Positions 1 to 8,609 of a stretch of DNA of 60,979 nucleotides are shown here, piece by piece. The notes under the pieces were generated by a model. The model saw only the letters and a list, made by a program, of their open reading frames with translations, ran no database searches and was not told where the DNA came from. Source of the DNA: a virus (Duplodnaviria; Caudoviricetes). Position 1 is the stretch's first letter. The number at the start of each line of letters is the position of its first letter. The translations under genes were made by a program, and so were the position numbers. The stretch is taken from positions 1 through 60,979 of the IMG/VR virus record IMGVR_UViG_3300023174_000178; one strand, written 5' to 3'.

Positions 1-911
1 GGTTTTCTTCCGTTTTTAAGATTATTGTTATTCATATTCGCGCCACCAAAAGAGTCGCGATTGACGATGAGATTTAACCACTCTTCAAAGTATTCTACAA
101 CTAAAGCATTCTTATCGACGATGAATTGTAGAGTAAAATCTCCGACGTTTACACCATATGCCACGTTCTCGACTGGGCCAAATCCATATCTTCGAATGTT
201 TTGTTCTTGTAAAAGATTCACAGAAGGAAGAACCACGTTATCGCATCTCATCGTAAGAAGCGAGTCGAGATTCTGAGCACTAAATTTTGATCTTGTCCAT
301 ATCATCGGAGCAAAGACTACTAAGAAGCTGTGAGTAGGCAGTACACTGTCGGCGCCAGAAACTTCGGCCCTAAATCGACCGATATTAAATGTTCCAGCTG
401 TACGCGCACCAGTACTAAAAGCAGAATCAGAAGTTCTAGCTTTAGATATATTAGTAAGATTACCTTCAGAATCTCTTTCGAATAATTCTAAATTAGTATT
501 AACACCTTCTCCTCTTAAACGCTCATCAATTACTGTTTTTGGAGCAGCTGTTGCTGCAACTCCTTGTGCACCGGTTGCAGTTCCCGCCGCGCCAGAAGAA
601 CGCTTATCTACTTCTTGGCGTGGAGGTAAAATAGGCAAAACATTAGTACTTGTGTTTATAGAACCAAGTTTACGTGTTTGAATAAAACCTCGAGCAGCTT
701 CATCTGTAATTCGCTGCGGAGGATTTACGCCGTCATTAAGTTCAAAGAATCCGACAGTTTTCCCTCCGCCGACTCCGCGTGTAGCGACATATCTTACCTG
801 AGGATTTTCAGGACTGACAGGAGCTGTCTTGCTTTTACCAAAAATTGTGCCGCTTTGTATTTGCTGCGGAGCCTTTGTAGTAAAATCAAATTCTTGTTTA
901 CTTCCTGACAT
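1..911 (-). CDS. Partial (runs off left edge) tail-tube-like baseplate protein, gp54/gp19 family, with a long N-terminal extension
   Basis: Not in the ORF track because it has no stop inside the window. ATG at 911-909 overlaps the gp2 stop (TAATG). My translation is open to position 1: MSGSKQEFDF...FNIGRFRAEVSGADSVLPTHSFLVVFAP...LTMRCDNVVLPSVNL...RRYGFGPVENVAYGVNVGDFTLQFIVDKNALVVEYFEEWLNLI, a tail-tube-fold pattern. Confidence 0.7.
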   Translation of the reverse strand, partial: MSGSKQEFDFTTKAPQQIQSGTIFGKSKTAPVSPENPQVRYVATRGVGGGKTVGFFELNDGVNPPQRITDEAARGFIQTRKLGSINTSTNVLPILPPRQEVDKRSSGAAGTATGAQGVAATAAPKTVIDERLRGEGVNTNLELFERDSEGNLTNISKARTSDSAFSTGARTAGTFNIGRFRAEVSGADSVLPTHSFLVVFAPMIWTRSKFSAQNLDSLLTMRCDNVVLPSVNLLQEQNIRRYGFGPVENVAYGVNVGDFTLQFIVDKNALVVEYFEEWLNLIVNRDSFGGANMNNNNLKNGRK

Positions 912-1510
912 TACTTAGTAACTCCTAGCATTCTTTTCGTGTCCATCCAAACTTGATTCTTTCTTGCTTTGACGAAACGTTCTGTTGGTAAGAAGAGCGC
1001 GATATCCCATTCCGATGGATAAACGTACATAAACTTTGACTGTACGTGCGAAGTCAAGTAGTGTTTAATGCATGGAGCATACCATCTTAGCTTTGCGGCC
1101 TGTGTCATGAGTTCGTAGCTAAGTTTGAGGCGAGTCGACTCGTCGTAACGAGTGTTGTTTGCAAAGTCATATAAGCCGTCCATCAACTTCGCTCTGAGTT
1201 GCAACGGCAAGTAGTGTAAGTTGAGTCCCATAAATCCTCCTTTGACTTTCTTATATGGAAAGATCAAAGGAAATCTGTCGTAATATGGAAGCTCTTCTTT
1301 GTGTTTTGGATCATAGTAGAACATGTACATCGAGCCGAGCAGAGGCTGAGTAGTCATCCGCGTCGTATCACCCTTCATCATCTCACGCTCATTGATACGA
1401 TTCATTTTACCGGCAGTATCTCTGAACCATTCACGCGCAGAGTTCGTGCGTGCAGGAATCTGTCCTGAACGAACACCTTGTGTGATGATAGTATCAAATA
1501 CGATTGCCAT
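911..1510 (-). CDS. gp2: DNA end protector protein
   Basis: Motifs MYMFYYDPKHKEELPYYDRFPL and GLNLHYLP; next to gp4 on the minus strand as in T4-like phages. Confidence 0.92.
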   Translation of the reverse strand: MAIVFDTIITQGVRSGQIPARTNSAREWFRDTAGKMNRINEREMMKGDTTRMTTQPLLGSMYMFYYDPKHKEELPYYDRFPLIFPYKKVKGGFMGLNLHYLPLQLRAKLMDGLYDFANNTRYDESTRLKLSYELMTQAAKLRWYAPCIKHYLTSHVQSKFMYVYPSEWDIALFLPTERFVKARKNQVWMDTKRMLGVTK

Positions 1511-1950
1511 TAAAACTTAATTCCTAATTCTTTTTCGGTGAGTATCTCGAACTTCCAAGCACGGTCATTGCAGTACACTGCAGCTGCTCTCCACTTGGCT
1601 TCGTTGACACCCCATGTCATGACTTCATTAATATAACGCTTATTAGGCTTATTTATCACTACTGGAGGCCGCGTCTGCGCATGAGGTTTTATTTCAACCA
1701 CTACAGTATCGATCTTGCCTTCTGGTGTTTTCTTCTTGACAATGAAGTCTGGAAAGTATCGATGTACTCGATTGTCGATAGGAGAACGATACGGGATGAC
1801 GAGTTCTTCACTTCCCCATTGCACGACATTCGGATGAGAATCTAAGTACATCATGAACTTTAATTCCCATCGACTACGATATACGATATTGTTCGAATCC
1901 CCAAGATACTTCTTCGTATTCTTTGGTCGAAACTTTCCCTGATAAGCCAT
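1510..1950 (-). CDS. gp4: Head completion nuclease
   Basis: MAYQGKFRPKN..KY.GD...IVYRSRWE, WGSEE, HRYFPDF, VEIKP, NEAKW motifs. Confidence 0.93.
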   Translation of the reverse strand: MAYQGKFRPKNTKKYLGDSNNIVYRSRWELKFMMYLDSHPNVVQWGSEELVIPYRSPIDNRVHRYFPDFIVKKKTPEGKIDTVVVEIKPHAQTRPPVVINKPNKRYINEVMTWGVNEAKWRAAAVYCNDRAWKFEILTEKELGIKF

Positions 1951-1955
1951 GATTC

Positions 1956-1967
1956 TATTTATAAATA
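1956..1967. promoter_or_regulatory. Overlapping divergent T4-type late promoters (palindrome TATTTATAAATA)
   Basis: TATAAATA on + at 1960-1967 and on - at 1963-1956, in the short gap between divergent gp4 and gp48. Confidence 0.8.
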
Positions 1968-1997
1968 AGATGATAGCCTTTTAATTTGAGAGATAAC

Positions 1998-3263
1998 ATG
2001 GCCGGAAGAGATAATCGACTAGTAAATTTAGATAGTCTTAAGAGAGACGCGGGTGGTCTGTTAAACAGAGCCGTGAAGAATTTTACTAATAAACTCGAAG
2101 ACAAACTTGAAAACGCAGTCGAGGATCTTTTTGCTAAAGCATTAAAGAAGGTAGGATTTTCTGATAGACTTGCGTCAGAGCTTTCGGCACGATTCGGAGA
2201 TTCTTTAACTGCTGGACTCGAAGACAAGTATTTCCAAACTTTTACGAGCGAGATGAAGCGCGCTTCTTGTGCCGACATTCGTAACAACTTCAATCCGCAG
2301 AACGGTAATCTTATCGGAGCTTCTCCTAACGCTGAAACATATGTCGATGCTATTCAAAGAGCTTCGAATAAGATCGATGTCGATAACGTGCCTACGATAC
2401 AGTTTCCTGATCATATCAGTGAGAAGTATTACATGGCATTTAAGTTTAAGAGATATCAACGACCTTCTCCTCAAACTGCAGCAACACTTAATTTTGTGCA
2501 AGCGTTTGCTCTTCCTTTGCCGAAAGGAATAAGAGAAAGTTTCGATATTGAAGTTGGCCAAGAATCACAGGGCTTGGCAGGTGGTATTGCGGATGCTGCT
2601 CAATTATATTTGGCTTCTTCGGATGGTGCAGGTAAAACTCAAGCATTAAAAAATGCCGCAGCCGCTCTAGCTTATGGTCAATTGGTGCAAGCAGCCGAAA
2701 AGATAGGTGGTAGCACGATAGGCCAAGCAGTCGGTGCTGTTCCAAATCCTCACATTCAAGCGCTGTTTAGTGGTGTTCCTCTTCGTACACATCGATTCGA
2801 ATGGACTTTTGCACCTCGAAATGAGAAAGAAAGCCAGCAGCTGATGGATCTGCTAAAAGCTATGAAAGCTTATGCGCTACCATCATACAGTAGCTTAGGT
2901 ACTGCTGCGTTAGCTTATCCGTTCTTATGCCAACCGGAACTGAAGATTGCCGGCAGTGCACAGTTAATTAAATTCCAACCGTGTTTGATCCAATCAATTG
3001 AACTTAACTATTCTCCTCAAGGAATTCCTGCATTCTTCGAAGGCACAAGCCATCCTGCGTTTATCGAAGTTTCAATCTCAATGCTTGAAACTCAAATTCA
3101 AACATCACGAGATTACGGAAGAGAAGGCGGTGATCGTCTTAGCGCAACGTGGGAAACACTGAAAGATCAGTTACAAAAAGGCCTTGATAAGGCTGAGATA
3201 CCTTTCAATATCGATGAAAAGATGAACGAAGGAACAGACGCCATAAGAAACGCTTTAAACTAA
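1998..3263 (+). CDS. gp48: Baseplate tail-tube cap
   Basis: LPLP...GAVPNPHIQALFSGVPLRTHRFEWTFAPRNEKES...CLIQSIELNYSP motif; precedes gp53; ATG at 1998 preferred over TTG at 1986. Confidence 0.8.
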   Translation: MAGRDNRLVNLDSLKRDAGGLLNRAVKNFTNKLEDKLENAVEDLFAKALKKVGFSDRLASELSARFGDSLTAGLEDKYFQTFTSEMKRASCADIRNNFNPQNGNLIGASPNAETYVDAIQRASNKIDVDNVPTIQFPDHISEKYYMAFKFKRYQRPSPQTAATLNFVQAFALPLPKGIRESFDIEVGQESQGLAGGIADAAQLYLASSDGAGKTQALKNAAAALAYGQLVQAAEKIGGSTIGQAVGAVPNPHIQALFSGVPLRTHRFEWTFAPRNEKESQQLMDLLKAMKAYALPSYSSLGTAALAYPFLCQPELKIAGSAQLIKFQPCLIQSIELNYSPQGIPAFFEGTSHPAFIEVSISMLETQIQTSRDYGREGGDRLSATWETLKDQLQKGLDKAEIPFNIDEKMNEGTDAIRNALN

Positions 3264-3275
3264 GAGGAAACTAAG

Positions 3276-4118
3276 ATGGCAAGATATTTTGATAGATTTC
3301 CTATTGTAGACTATGATGGAAGCGTTGCCAAGAACATCTTGGCACGAGTAGACTTTACTGAAAAGACGAAGAGAGATATTTACTCTACCTTCCAATTTAC
3401 GCTTGAAGAAGGCTTCGAGAGACCAGATCTTTTGTCTTATAACTATTATGGATCTTCGAAGTTTGACTGGATGATCTATCTTACGAATAACATCGTGGAT
3501 CCTTATTATGACTATTATAAGTCTGCTGACGATTTTAAAAATTATATGGAAACAAAGTATGGATCCAATTCTAATGCTCGATCGATTACTCTCTTCTATC
3601 GATTAAACTGGCACGAAGACGAAAGACTTATCACTATTCAGCAGTATGAATCTCTTGCTGCAGATGAAATTTCCAATGCTAGAAAATATTGGAAGCCAAA
3701 GCTTACAAATACTGGAGCAGTAATCGGCTACGAAAGAATCAAAGAAGAGTGGACAGTATCTACAAATAAAGTATTATCATTGTCTCTGACTGTTACCCCA
3801 ACTGGATTCGAAGTTGGAGACAGAGTATCTCAGACGAGTACTGGAGCATTTGCTACCATCGACTACATTGATCTTGAAAATAATCGCCTGACTGTAAAAC
3901 ATGTAAATGGGACTTTTGCCGTAAGTGCAGCCGAAGGAATAAGTGAAATCACAGTATTAAGTCAAAATATACCAGAAGCCGAAGCCGAATATTGGTATGC
4001 AGTAAACGCATATGACGACGAGAAAGAAGCAAACGAACTCAAAAGAAATGTAGTTGTGTTAAAGTCTTCTTATTTGGCAGAAGTAGAAAAACAATTCATT
4101 CAACAAATAAGCACATAA
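3276..4118 (+). CDS. gp53: Baseplate wedge subunit
   Basis: YFDRFP..DY, ERPDLLSYNYYGSSKFDWMIYLTNNIVDPY, C-terminal E.EANELKR.V..LK. Confidence 0.88.
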   Translation: MARYFDRFPIVDYDGSVAKNILARVDFTEKTKRDIYSTFQFTLEEGFERPDLLSYNYYGSSKFDWMIYLTNNIVDPYYDYYKSADDFKNYMETKYGSNSNARSITLFYRLNWHEDERLITIQQYESLAADEISNARKYWKPKLTNTGAVIGYERIKEEWTVSTNKVLSLSLTVTPTGFEVGDRVSQTSTGAFATIDYIDLENNRLTVKHVNGTFAVSAAEGISEITVLSQNIPEAEAEYWYAVNAYDDEKEANELKRNVVVLKSSYLAEVEKQFIQQIST

Positions 4119-4119
4119 T

Positions 4120-5409
4120 ATGACTTCGATTAGAGACGGACAGTTTAAACTCAACGAGTTTTTAATGATTGATGCCACAGCTAAAACTGTTGATTGTGGC
4201 AAAGCACTCGATTTGACTCCTGTCTGTGTGCAAGCAAACATATATGAATCTGTACTTAATCCGACAGTGCTCGCAGAGTTTGAATTCTATGATGCAAAGG
4301 GAATGTTCAATCACTTTGTTTTCACAGATAAAAGAATTGTAATTGATTTTACAACGGACGAAGAGAATCCAAAGTCTTCTATTCGATACGAGCTTTATAT
4401 CGTAGCAGTTGACTCTGTTATTCCTACTAACGATGACAAAGCTGTTGTCTATAAGCTTTCGTGCGTGACATATGAAGTATGGAAATCAGCCACTATTCGT
4501 AACTTACCGCTTGTCAGAAAAAAGATAGAATGTGAAAAGATGGTGAAAGCATATCTGCAAGCCATCGATTCTGCCAAGCCGTTGTTCGCCGAAAAAACGC
4601 GTGGACTACATGCTTTCAACTTTACTGAAAAGACTCCGATCGAGTGTATCGATCAGATTCGATTAGAATATGCCATGTCTCAAGAATTCCAAGGACATGC
4701 ATTTTACTTCTTTGAGAATAAGTACGGCTTTGTTTTTAAGAGCATGGAAATGTTAATCAAAGAAGGCAAAGAGAATATCGGCGATAAGTGTTTCATGCAA
4801 TCTGGATTAACAAATTTGAACGTATCTGGTTCAAAGTGGAGAAACATTCTAGCTACGAAGCTCATTCAAAACGGTAATCAAGGCATTGCCAGAAGAATTG
4901 GTGCAGGAAGCAATTTAGTCAAGCTGAAGAACAGTGTTACTGGAGAAATTGTTAATTTCCAAACTAACCCAAAAAACTTAGAATTTGAGACTCTGAATGA
5001 AAAATCTGTTTCTTCAAGTCTCAGAACTCAAGATGAAATAGGTAAAGACGAAGGAAACATTCAGATTGTTCCTTTTGATCCAAGAACAGAAAACGCAGAG
5101 CGAGCCGAAAAGAAAAACCAACTACCATATTATATGGCGCATTTCTTAACTACAATTACTCACATTACAATCTATGGTGACAGTGCTATTTCTGCTGGTG
5201 ATGTCATTAAATGCCAATTTCCTGAACCGAGCGGTATTACAAGAGGAGAAACATCTCCGATTAACGAAGACAGCACGATGACAACCGGTAATTACATCAT
5301 TACGAAGTGCCGACATATTCTGACTTTCAACGAAAAAGCAGAGTACATGCAAGCTTTCGAGCTTGTGAAAGATGGCATCGGTGGATTGCCGCAAACACAT
5401 ACAAACTGA
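4120..5409 (+). CDS. Probable baseplate hub protein (gp27-like)
   Basis: IYES, FYFFENKYGFVFKSME and GDSAISAGDVI...TGNYIITKCRH motifs; lies between gp53 and gp5. Confidence 0.6.
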   Translation: MTSIRDGQFKLNEFLMIDATAKTVDCGKALDLTPVCVQANIYESVLNPTVLAEFEFYDAKGMFNHFVFTDKRIVIDFTTDEENPKSSIRYELYIVAVDSVIPTNDDKAVVYKLSCVTYEVWKSATIRNLPLVRKKIECEKMVKAYLQAIDSAKPLFAEKTRGLHAFNFTEKTPIECIDQIRLEYAMSQEFQGHAFYFFENKYGFVFKSMEMLIKEGKENIGDKCFMQSGLTNLNVSGSKWRNILATKLIQNGNQGIARRIGAGSNLVKLKNSVTGEIVNFQTNPKNLEFETLNEKSVSSSLRTQDEIGKDEGNIQIVPFDPRTENAERAEKKNQLPYYMAHFLTTITHITIYGDSAISAGDVIKCQFPEPSGITRGETSPINEDSTMTTGNYIITKCRHILTFNEKAEYMQAFELVKDGIGGLPQTHTN

Positions 5410-5418
5410 GGATGATAG

Positions 5419-6228
5419 ATGCAAAACCTAAGAGTTTTTGAAGGCATAGTAGCTGAAGATCCAACTTCGGATCTGGGATTAGAAGCCGATGAACCACAAA
5501 CAGGCAGAGTATTAGTCAGAGAAATCTTAGGACATTCCGACAGAGTGAGTTCCGAAGATCTTTTGCCGGCTTACATTATGATGCCTACTAATAGCGCAGG
5601 CGTTTCAGGAATTGGATTGAGCCCGACAGGTCTTCTAAAGGGATCTCGTGTCATGTGCATGGAACTCCCTGGGCAAGCAGCCGTGTATATTTTTGGAGTA
5701 TTAAATTATGCTCCTGAAGATAACCATAGCGTATCATCTTATGCTCGAGGTCAAGGCGAACCAGAAGAAAAAACGCGCAATCGTATTAAAAAGAGTGACG
5801 GCTTTGATATTGAGCCGGCATCGAAATACAAAGCGAAATATCCTTATAATAGTACTATGACTACTCGTAGTGGCCATATCTTAGAGTTCGATGATACTCC
5901 AGGTTCAGAACGCGTACAGGTTTATCATAAGTCTGGATCTTATCTCGAGATTTTGCCAGATGGTACGATTGTGACAAAGTCGGTAAAAGATTATGTTCAA
6001 TTGGCAACTGGTAATATGACAATCTTCAATGTCGGAGACGAGAAGGGCGATAAGAATATCGAGATTACTTGTAACCAAGGTAAGATTATTATCACTGCCC
6101 AATCAGATGTCGACATCTATGCAAATGAAGGCAATGTAGGAATCTATGCAAACAATGGTAGCGTACAGGTTGTATCACAATCGGGCGCGGTGGATATTAA
6201 AGCTGCAATTGTTGGAATCAATGCATGA
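5419..6228 (+). CDS. gp5: Baseplate central spike, short form without lysozyme domain
   Basis: N-terminal OB-fold-like segment (DP...GRVLVR..GH) and YPYN...TRSGHILEFDDTPGSERVQVYHKSGSYLEILPDG followed by beta-helix repeats; only 269 aa. Confidence 0.82.
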   Translation: MQNLRVFEGIVAEDPTSDLGLEADEPQTGRVLVREILGHSDRVSSEDLLPAYIMMPTNSAGVSGIGLSPTGLLKGSRVMCMELPGQAAVYIFGVLNYAPEDNHSVSSYARGQGEPEEKTRNRIKKSDGFDIEPASKYKAKYPYNSTMTTRSGHILEFDDTPGSERVQVYHKSGSYLEILPDGTIVTKSVKDYVQLATGNMTIFNVGDEKGDKNIEITCNQGKIIITAQSDVDIYANEGNVGIYANNGSVQVVSQSGAVDIKAAIVGINA

Positions 6229-7556
6229 GACCGATAGTCTATGTTCCGGAAGTTCCTAACTTAGAATGCGGTCCTAACGGGCAAATATCTTTCCGTCAAA
6301 TGGAAGACTATTTCGTCGGCATTTCAAAGATCATTAGTCAACTGAAGTTACAAGCAAAATTTATTCAAGACGAGTGCGGTAAAGAACTCATCGAAGCTAT
6401 TCGAGACATGGAAAAGCTAGTCGATGATATTACCGGCATTCTGATGACTGACGTCTTTAAGAAGATCAAGTCAAAAGAACAAGAGATGAAGTATAAGGTT
6501 CGCGAGTTTCTGAAAGAGATCGACGTATGGTTTCAGAAAAAGATCGTTGAAGCCTTAATCAAGATTATCAACATTCTTGGTATTCCTGATGTATTGCAAA
6601 CGCCAATTCCATTCGTCACAGCTGTCACCCTATTAGACGAAGCTGGTAATCCTGTTCGTTATCAACCGGTAATCAAGGATTTGTTTACGAAGGAAGGTAA
6701 AATCAAGATCAAAGCTGCCATGGCAGAAGACGTCGAATCGATTCGAAAGTTTTTTGGTGATGGCAAATATGATGGAACATTTGGAATTAAAAGCCCTGAG
6801 CATGAAGCCGAAGAATTTTGGCAGAAAGCTTTGGCATGGATGAAAGAACTGCTGAGCGATTTCATTGCCGCATGCATCAATGCAATGATCAAGTTACTTA
6901 CTAAGATTCCTATCATTGGACCGCTTATTGAAAAGATTGGTACGTTCATCGATCCTACGAAGCCTATCAAAGCTCAATTAAAACTGAAGTATGAAGATTT
7001 TAAGAAACGTATTAAGAAGGCGAAAGAAGACGTCTTATCGGGTAAAGCTATCGAAGATTTTGGAGAGAAACTGCTCCAAGAACTCATAGACTTTGTCTTG
7101 AACTTGCCGATCCCACTCTTCGGAACCTTAGGCAATTTAATTGGATTTGATAACGAAGAACGTAAGAAGAAAGAAACGATTCATTCGAAAGAAGAGTTGT
7201 GGCATCGAATTGAAGATGCGTTCGAAGATGCCATGGAAAAGATTAAGAAGTTCTTTCAGACAGATTTCATTGCCAAGATACATGATATCATACTTAAAGC
7301 TCCAGGCTGGATTCTACAGCAGTTTCCGATCGTCGACAAGATCATTAAAGCGATTAAGTTGATCATCGACATCTGTCGCGGTAAAGTATCAATTTGCATG
7401 GTTTTAAATATCATTTTAAAACCGATATTTGGTATTCCAGATGCAATCTTAAAATTCATTCCAAATTGTATCGAGGTGCGTAGAACGAAGTACGGACTAG
7501 AACCGAATCCAGACAACCTACCAAAGTGGGCTCAACCCGCTTCTGCTGCTGTGTGA
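6225..7556 (+). CDS. Hypothetical amphipathic alpha-helical protein with internal repeats
   Basis: 443 aa ORF translationally coupled to gp5 (ATGA); rich in I/K/E/F; recurring I(K/H)SxE and (I/L/F)P(I/D) segments. Confidence 0.75.
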   Translation: MRPIVYVPEVPNLECGPNGQISFRQMEDYFVGISKIISQLKLQAKFIQDECGKELIEAIRDMEKLVDDITGILMTDVFKKIKSKEQEMKYKVREFLKEIDVWFQKKIVEALIKIINILGIPDVLQTPIPFVTAVTLLDEAGNPVRYQPVIKDLFTKEGKIKIKAAMAEDVESIRKFFGDGKYDGTFGIKSPEHEAEEFWQKALAWMKELLSDFIAACINAMIKLLTKIPIIGPLIEKIGTFIDPTKPIKAQLKLKYEDFKKRIKKAKEDVLSGKAIEDFGEKLLQELIDFVLNLPIPLFGTLGNLIGFDNEERKKKETIHSKEELWHRIEDAFEDAMEKIKKFFQTDFIAKIHDIILKAPGWILQQFPIVDKIIKAIKLIIDICRGKVSICMVLNIILKPIFGIPDAILKFIPNCIEVRRTKYGLEPNPDNLPKWAQPASAAV

Positions 7557-7572
7557 GGTGGATTAGGCTAAC

Positions 7573-8148
7573 ATGTTAGATCAATATTCAGTATCAGAAA
7601 ATGGATATTTCTTTTCAGATGTTAGCGAACCGACTGTTCCGACAGTTTCTTATGGGGATCTCAGCCCGCCCGTTCCAATTCGCTTTACTGTACCAGAACC
7701 TGGAGTCACCACGGTTGAAATTGATGGTTGGTATATGCCGACTTTCGTACGCTGCGAACAGAATTGCGTTGATGATCTATTGTTATGTGCAGTTTATGTG
7801 TTTGCGGAAGGACACGATGTCGCAGTCGACGATTGGTATCCTTTCCGTCATGAAGTGAATGATACGTTTGAAGTTGGAAAGGTTGTTTCTTACGAAGATT
7901 GTGATATGATTCTGACTGATTTTGTGTATGATGGCAGCAACAAGCTTCTTTCTTACATTGAAACGAACAAATCTACATTTGTGATGATACGATATGACTT
8001 TACTCGTTCGGCTGGTCCAGGATTAGATGCGATTGGTAGCAACGAAGATTATCAAAACTTTGCCTTTACTGGCCAAGTAGATCTTCTCTCTGACGATGTT
8101 GCAAATGTCGATATCGAAAACTATGAGATACTAGAAACCATCATATAA
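7573..8148 (+). CDS. Hypothetical acidic protein
   Basis: 191 aa ORF filling the gap between the 443 aa ORF and gp25; no recognisable family. Confidence 0.65.
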   Translation: MLDQYSVSENGYFFSDVSEPTVPTVSYGDLSPPVPIRFTVPEPGVTTVEIDGWYMPTFVRCEQNCVDDLLLCAVYVFAEGHDVAVDDWYPFRHEVNDTFEVGKVVSYEDCDMILTDFVYDGSNKLLSYIETNKSTFVMIRYDFTRSAGPGLDAIGSNEDYQNFAFTGQVDLLSDDVANVDIENYEILETII

Positions 8149-8152
8149 TCAT

Positions 8153-8160
8153 TATAAATA
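8153..8160 (+). promoter_or_regulatory. T4-type late promoter
   Basis: TATAAATA, intergenic, 20 nt upstream of gp25. Confidence 0.8.
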
Positions 8161-8180
8161 AGATAAAGTAGTAGGGTAAT

Positions 8181-8609
8181 ATGACAGATAGAATAGATGC
8201 ACTGACAACAAGGAAAACAACACAGCGTGATCCTGTGTTCACTGACTTCTATAACAATTTCAATATTCATCCTCAGAACAAGAGACTCGCTCTTCATACT
8301 GACGAACAAGCTGTCAGAAGATCGATGCGTAACATTCTATCGACCAATACAAAAGAACGTCTATTTAATCCAGAATTTGGAGGCGGACTCAGAAGATTCT
8401 TATTCGAAGATATCTCTGTTATGACGGCGGATTTGATTAAAGATGCTGTCAAAGATTCTATTACCAAATATGAACCGCGCGCCAGAATCATCGACGTCTT
8501 AGTGATATCAAACGAGTTTGCGCATTCTTATGAAGTATCAGTCTATTATGAGATAATAAATAATGCTAATCCGCAGACACTTCAACTCACCCTTTATAGA
8601 GTAAGATAA
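8181..8609 (+). CDS. gp25: Baseplate wedge subunit / sheath initiator
   Basis: AVRRSMRNILST...ERLFNPEFG...LFE...I.KYEPR motif. Confidence 0.92.
   Translation: MTDRIDALTTRKTTQRDPVFTDFYNNFNIHPQNKRLALHTDEQAVRRSMRNILSTNTKERLFNPEFGGGLRRFLFEDISVMTADLIKDAVKDSITKYEPRARIIDVLVISNEFAHSYEVSVYYEIINNANPQTLQLTLYRVR

Noticed and set aside
25-908. Short plus-strand ORFs 25-276 and 678-908
   Set aside because: Antisense to the open minus-strand tail-tube-like gene
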